Shown here: piece after piece, positions 60,001-64,000 of the stretch
Layout of the letters: every line of letters begins with the position of its first letter
How positions within the stretch are numbered: the first letter of the stretch is position 1
Sequence record: OW849071.1
DNA length: 64,000 bases
Reading direction: 5' to 3' (one strand)
DNA from: a plasmid
Notes under the pieces: generated by a model
The model's database searches: none
What the model was told of the DNA's origin: nothing
The model's input: only the letters and a program-made list of their open reading frames with translations
Position numbers and translations under genes: made by a program

Positions 60001-60401
60001 ATTTTGCCATTCAGATGTGCCGCGAGATCGGATTACCTCTGTTTCCGGGTTTTAGTGCCGAGGCCAGAGAAACTCTCCTCCACTACCGTTGGCCGGGCAA
60101 TATTCGTGAACTGAAAAACGTCGTGGAGCGATCCGTTTACCGGCATGGAACCAGTGATTACCCGCTGGATGAGATAATCATTGACCCCTTCCGCCGCCAC
60201 ACTACTCAGCCGCAGGCGCCGGAAACTAAACCGATGTCTGTAGGGTTACCGCTGGATCTGCGTGAATTCCAGCAGCAGCAAGAGAAAGACTTTCTACAAA
60301 CCAGCTTACAGCAGGCAAAATTTAACCAGAAAAAAGCCGCTGAATTACTGGGTCTGACTTACCATCAGCTTCGCGCTTTGCTGAAAAAACACCAGATTTA
60401 A
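60001..60401 (+). pseudogene. pspF: Sigma-54-dependent activator PspF, C-terminal fragment (5'-truncated by the Tn3-family IR)
   Basis: ...LHYRWPGNIRELKNVVERSVYRHGTSDYPLDEIIIDPF...AAELLGLTYHQLRALLKKHQI is the PspF C-terminus. It is the known partner of qnrB1. Confidence 0.8.
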
Positions 60402-60471
60402 CGCACATTTGCAGATGTCATATTGGCGGATTTGACGCATAACCTCATCAGGGTTTACCATGACGCCATTA

Positions 60472-60487
60472 CTGTATAAAAAACAGG
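60472..60487 (+). promoter_or_regulatory. Putative LexA (SOS) box upstream of qnrB
   Basis: CTGTATAAAAAACAGG lies 8 bp upstream of the qnrB start. qnrB genes are known to be SOS regulated. The spacing looks one nt off the CTG-N10-CAG consensus by my count. Confidence 0.45.
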
Positions 60488-60494
60488 TACAAAT

Positions 60495-61139
60495 ATGGCT
60501 CTGGCACTCGTTGGCGAAAAAATTGACAGAAACCGTTTCACCGGTGAGAAAATTGAAAATAGTACATTTTTTAACTGTGATTTTTCAGGTGCCGACCTGA
60601 GCGGCACTGAATTTATCGGCTGTCAGTTCTATGATCGTGAAAGCCAGAAAGGGTGCAATTTTAGTCGTGCGATGCTGAAAGATGCCATTTTTAAAAGCTG
60701 TGATTTATCCATGGCGGATTTTCGCAATTCCAGTGCGCTGGGCATTGAAATTCGCCACTGCCGCGCACAAGGCGCAGATTTCCGCGGCGCAAGCTTTATG
60801 AATATGATCACCACGCGCACCTGGTTTTGTAGCGCATATATCACGAATACCAATCTAAGCTACGCCAATTTTTCGAAAGTCGTGTTGGAAAAGTGTGAGC
60901 TGTGGGAAAACCGTTGGATAGGTGCCCAGGTACTGGGCGCGACGTTCAGTGGTTCAGATCTCTCCGGCGGCGAGTTTTCGACTTTCGACTGGCGAGCAGC
61001 AAACTTCACACATTGCGATCTGACCAATTCGGAGTTGGGTGACTTAGATATTCGGGGCGTTGATTTACAAGGCGTTAAGTTGGACAACTACCAGGCATCG
61101 TTGCTCATGGAGCGACTTGGCATCGCGGTGATTGGTTAG
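60495..61139 (+). CDS. qnrB1: Pentapeptide-repeat quinolone resistance protein QnrB (QnrB1-like, 214 aa)
   Basis: MALALVGEKIDRNRFTGEKIENSTFFNCDFSGADLSGTEFIGCQFYDRESQKGCNFSRAMLKDAIFKSCDLSMADFRNSS... Confidence 0.9.
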   Translation: MALALVGEKIDRNRFTGEKIENSTFFNCDFSGADLSGTEFIGCQFYDRESQKGCNFSRAMLKDAIFKSCDLSMADFRNSSALGIEIRHCRAQGADFRGASFMNMITTRTWFCSAYITNTNLSYANFSKVVLEKCELWENRWIGAQVLGATFSGSDLSGGEFSTFDWRAANFTHCDLTNSELGDLDIRGVDLQGVKLDNYQASLLMERLGIAVIG

Positions 61140-61230
61140 CATTCACGGAGCGGTAAGTACCGCTCCCGCCCTTATACAATAGTGTCCGCCCTTGCCTTAA
61201 AAGTCACTTTCGACGCACAGATCGTAAACG

Positions 61231-61959
61231 TTAGAGGGTTCCGGTCCCCCCATCAGAACACCAGACCTGACCAGACGTATAGCTGTTCTCCCGAGCGGCC
61301 AGGGTGACATAAAGCGGCGCGATTTCCACCGGTTGACCAGGGCGTCCCAGCGGCGCATTTGCCCCAAATTTCTCCACCTTTTCCTGCGGTTGACCACCAC
61401 AGCACTGCAGTACAGTCCAGTATGGACCCGGCGCGACGGCATTGACACGGATCCCTTTCGGGGCCAGCTGTTTCGCCAGCGATTTAGTAAATGCCACGAT
61501 AGCTGCTTTAGTCTGAGCATAATCAAGCAAGATTTCACTTGGCTCATAAGCCTGTACGGAGGAGGTATTAATTATCACGCTGTCTGGTGAAAGATGGGGT
61601 ATGGCCGCTTTGGTGATCCAAAACATAGCGTAAACATTGGTTTTGAATGTTGCGTCGAAGTCTTCTGTGGTGAGTTCCTCAATTGACTCACAAAATTGCT
61701 GACGACCCGCATTATTGACGAGGATATCCAACCCTCCCAGTCCTTTTACCGCCTGTGTTACCAGATGACCGCAAAAAGCCTCATCACGGATATCTCCGGG
61801 GATGGCCAAAACATTTCTGCCTGCTTTTTTTATCAGATCGACCACTTCACGCGCATCGTCTTCTTCTTCAGGTAAATAGTTAATCGCAACATCAGCGCCT
61901 TCACGAGCATAGGCAATAGCAACAGCACGACCAATCCCTGAATCCCCACCGGTAATTAA
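61231..61959 (-). pseudogene. sdr: Short-chain dehydrogenase/reductase (sdr), 5'-truncated by IS26
   Basis: The remnant N-terminal Gly motif ITGGDSGIGRAVAIAYAREGADV is cut at 61959. The ORF-track version begins at an internal Met. Confidence 0.8.
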
Positions 61960-62779
61960 GGCACTGTTGCAAAGTTAGCGATGAGGCAGCCTTTTGTCTT
62001 ATTCAAAGGCCTTACATTTCAAAAACTCTGCTTACCAGGCGCATTTCGCCCAGGGGATCACCATAATAAAATGCTGAGGCCTGGCCTTTGCGTAGTGCAC
62101 GCATCACCTCAATACCTTTGATGGTGGCGTAAGCCGTCTTCATGGATTTAAATCCCAGCGTGGCGCCGATTATCCGTTTCAGTTTGCCATGATCGCATTC
62201 AATCACGTTGTTCCGGTACTTAATCTGTCGGTGTTCAACGTCAGACGGGCACCGGCCTTCGCGTTTGAGCAGAGCAAGCGCGCGACCATAGGCGGGCGCT
62301 TTATCCGTGTTGATGAATCGCGGGATCTGCCACTTCTTCACGTTGTTGAGGATTTTACCCAGAAACCGGTATGCAGCTTTGCTGTTACGACGGGAGGAGA
62401 GATAAAAATCGACAGTGCGGCCCCGGCTGTCGACGGCCCGGTACAGATACGCCCAGCGGCCATTGACCTTCACGTAGGTTTCATCCATGTGCCACGGGCA
62501 AAGATCGGAAGGGTTACGCCAGTACCAGCGCAGCCGTTTTTCCATTTCAGGCGCATAACGCTGAACCCAGCGGTAAATCGTGGAGTGATCGACATTCACT
62601 CCGCGTTCAGCCAGCATCTCCTGCAGCTCACGGTAACTGATGCCGTATTTGCAGTACCAGCGTACGGCCCACAGAATGATGTCACGCTGAAAATGCCGGC
62701 CTTTGAATGGGTTCATGTGCAGCTCCATCAGCAAAAGGGGATGATAAGTTTATCACCACCGACTATTTGCAACAGTGCC
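61960..62779 (-). mobile_element. IS26 copy 6 (tnp26 at 62012-62716, minus strand)
   Basis: The GGCACTGTTGCAAA ends are present. Confidence 0.95.
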
Positions 62780-62869
62780 GATTTGCTCACATCCAGCTTT
62801 TGTTAGTTCGTCAACCTGGTGCGCCACATCCTGAAGATGCGTAGATTTACGTGCATAGCCGATTTTCAT
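62780..62869 (-). pseudogene. Serine recombinase/resolvase gene, first 30 codons only, truncated by IS26
   Basis: The minus-strand MKIGYARKSTHLQDVAHQVDELTKAGCEQI is the typical resolvase N-terminus (catalytic Ser region). It is followed upstream by an AT-rich res-like region. Confidence 0.6.
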
Positions 62870-63059
62870 TCTTTTCTCGCTAATTAGTTATGGGGTTATT
62901 GTTATGTTGATACAGTAACGAGTTTTGTTACATGAGGGGAGTCATTTTTCGGGAGAAGTCAGGACTTTTCAAGACTGTCACAAAAACCATCGTTTTTGAT
63001 ACATTAATTTAACCAATAGGTTGCAGATCAAATCGCCTGTAACAGCCTTTCTGGCTGTT

Positions 63060-63084
63060 TGTCGTTTTCAGAAGACGGCTGCAC
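63060..63084 (+). repeat. Class 1 integron/Tn402 inverted repeat IRi
   Basis: TGTCGTTTTCAGAAGACGGCTGCAC is an exact 25-bp IRi. Confidence 0.9.
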
Positions 63085-63261
63085 TGAACGTCAGAAGCCG
63101 ACTGCACTATAGCAGCGGAGGGGTTGGATCCATCAGGCAACGACGGGCTGCTGCCGGCCATCAGCGGACGCAGGGAGGACTTTCCGCAACCGGCCGTTCG
63201 ATGCGGCACCGATGGCCTTCGCGCAGGGGTAGTGAATCCGCCAGGATTGACTTGCGCTGCC

Positions 63262-64000
63262 CTACCTCTCACTAGTGAGGGGCGGCAGCGCATCAAGCGG
63301 TGAGCGCACTCCGGCACCGCCAACTTTCAGCACATGCGTGTAAATCATCGTCGTAGAGACGTCGGAATGGCCGAGCAGATCCTGCACGGTTCGAATGTCG
63401 TAACCGCTGCGGAGCAAGGCCGTCGCGAACGAGTGGCGGAGGGTGTGCGGTGTGGCGGGCTTCGTGATGCCTGCTTGTTCTACGGCACGTTTGAAGGCGC
63501 GCTGAAAGGTCTGGTCATACATGTGATGGCGACGCACGACACCGCTCCGTGGATCGGTCGAATGCGTGTGCTGCGCAAAAACCCAGAACCACGGCCAGGA
63601 ATGCCCGGCGCGCGGATACTTCCGCTCAAGGGCGTCGGGAAGCGCAACGCCGCTGCGGCCCTCGGCCTGGTCCTTCAGCCACCATGCCCGTGCACGCGAC
63701 AGCTGCTCGCGCAGGCTGGGTGCCAAGCTCTCGGGTAACATCAAGGCCCGATCCTTGGAGCCCTTGCCCTCCCGCACGATGATCGTGCCGTGATCGAAAT
63801 CCAGATCCTTGACCCGCAGTTGCAAACCCTCACTGATCCGCATGCCCGTTCCATACAGAAGCTGGGCGAACAAACGATGCTCGCCTTCCAGAAAACCGAG
63901 GATGCGAACCACTTCATCCGGGGTCAGCACCACCGGCAAGCGCCGCGACGGCCGAGGTCTTCCGATCTCCTGAAGCCAGGGCAGATCCGTGCACAGCACC
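63262..64000 (-). CDS. intI1: Class 1 integron integrase IntI1, C-terminal 246 codons (continues beyond window end)
   Basis: ...[61 protein letters not shown] with a stop at 63262. It lies in the 5'-CS adjacent to IRi. Confidence 0.92.

Noticed and set aside
63009-63323. ORFs of 84 and 104 aa in the integron attI1/Pc region
   Set aside because: This is the well-characterised 5'-conserved segment (promoters and attI1). The ORFs are overlapping reading-frame noise, and any ORF-11-type peptide there is not functionally established.

Overview
The window reads as a mosaic accessory region of a large enterobacterial (Klebsiella-type, IncF-like) multiresistance plasmid. The left third is a metabolic island. 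It holds the 3' end of fecE, an IS66-family remnant, and an EAL-domain gene fragment cut by a Tn3-family inverted repeat that itself carries IS5075. It then holds an E. coli-type lacI-lacZ-lacY operon with an intact CAP site, promoter and O1 operator, with lacA truncated by IS1. This is followed by an AT-rich islet with a LuxR-type regulator, and an accessory glycogen cluster, pgm-glgP-glgA-glgC-glgB on the minus strand, lacking glgX, which is bounded on the right by IS903B carrying a nested IS1. The middle and right are a dense resistance region assembled by six IS26 copies. It contains aac(3)-IIe with tmrB and a truncated IS3-family element. It contains a Tn2 remnant with blaTEM-1, tnpR, res and tnpA interrupted by the ISEcp1-blaCTX-M-15-orf477 unit with TCATA duplications. 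It contains sul2-strA-strB with the Tn5393 IRR, an IS91-family tnp fragment, and a Tn21-family tnpA 3' half whose IRtnp carries a second, inverted IS5075. It contains the aac(6')-Ib-cr-blaOXA-1-catB3-truncated cassette array, and a complete Tn5403 next to the truncated orf1005-like tnpA, truncated pspF, qnrB1 and truncated sdr module. The right edge shows an IS26-truncated resolvase gene whose res region received a class 1 integron: IRi and the intI1 3' end are visible. Least explained is an eroded module between IS903B and a truncated Tn3-subfamily transposon. It comprises a PD-(D/E)xK-like nuclease fragment, a 334-aa protein with a RelB/DinJ-like ribbon-helix-helix N-terminus behind a cluster of TTTACA/TGTAAA palindromes, and a truncated HNH-like gene. 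Also unexplained is a 3.9-kb IS26-bounded segment with about 960 bp of ORF-free hairpin-dense DNA and several uncharacterised ORFs, including one with a canonical C2H2 zinc finger. No CRISPR arrays, tRNAs or rRNAs were seen.
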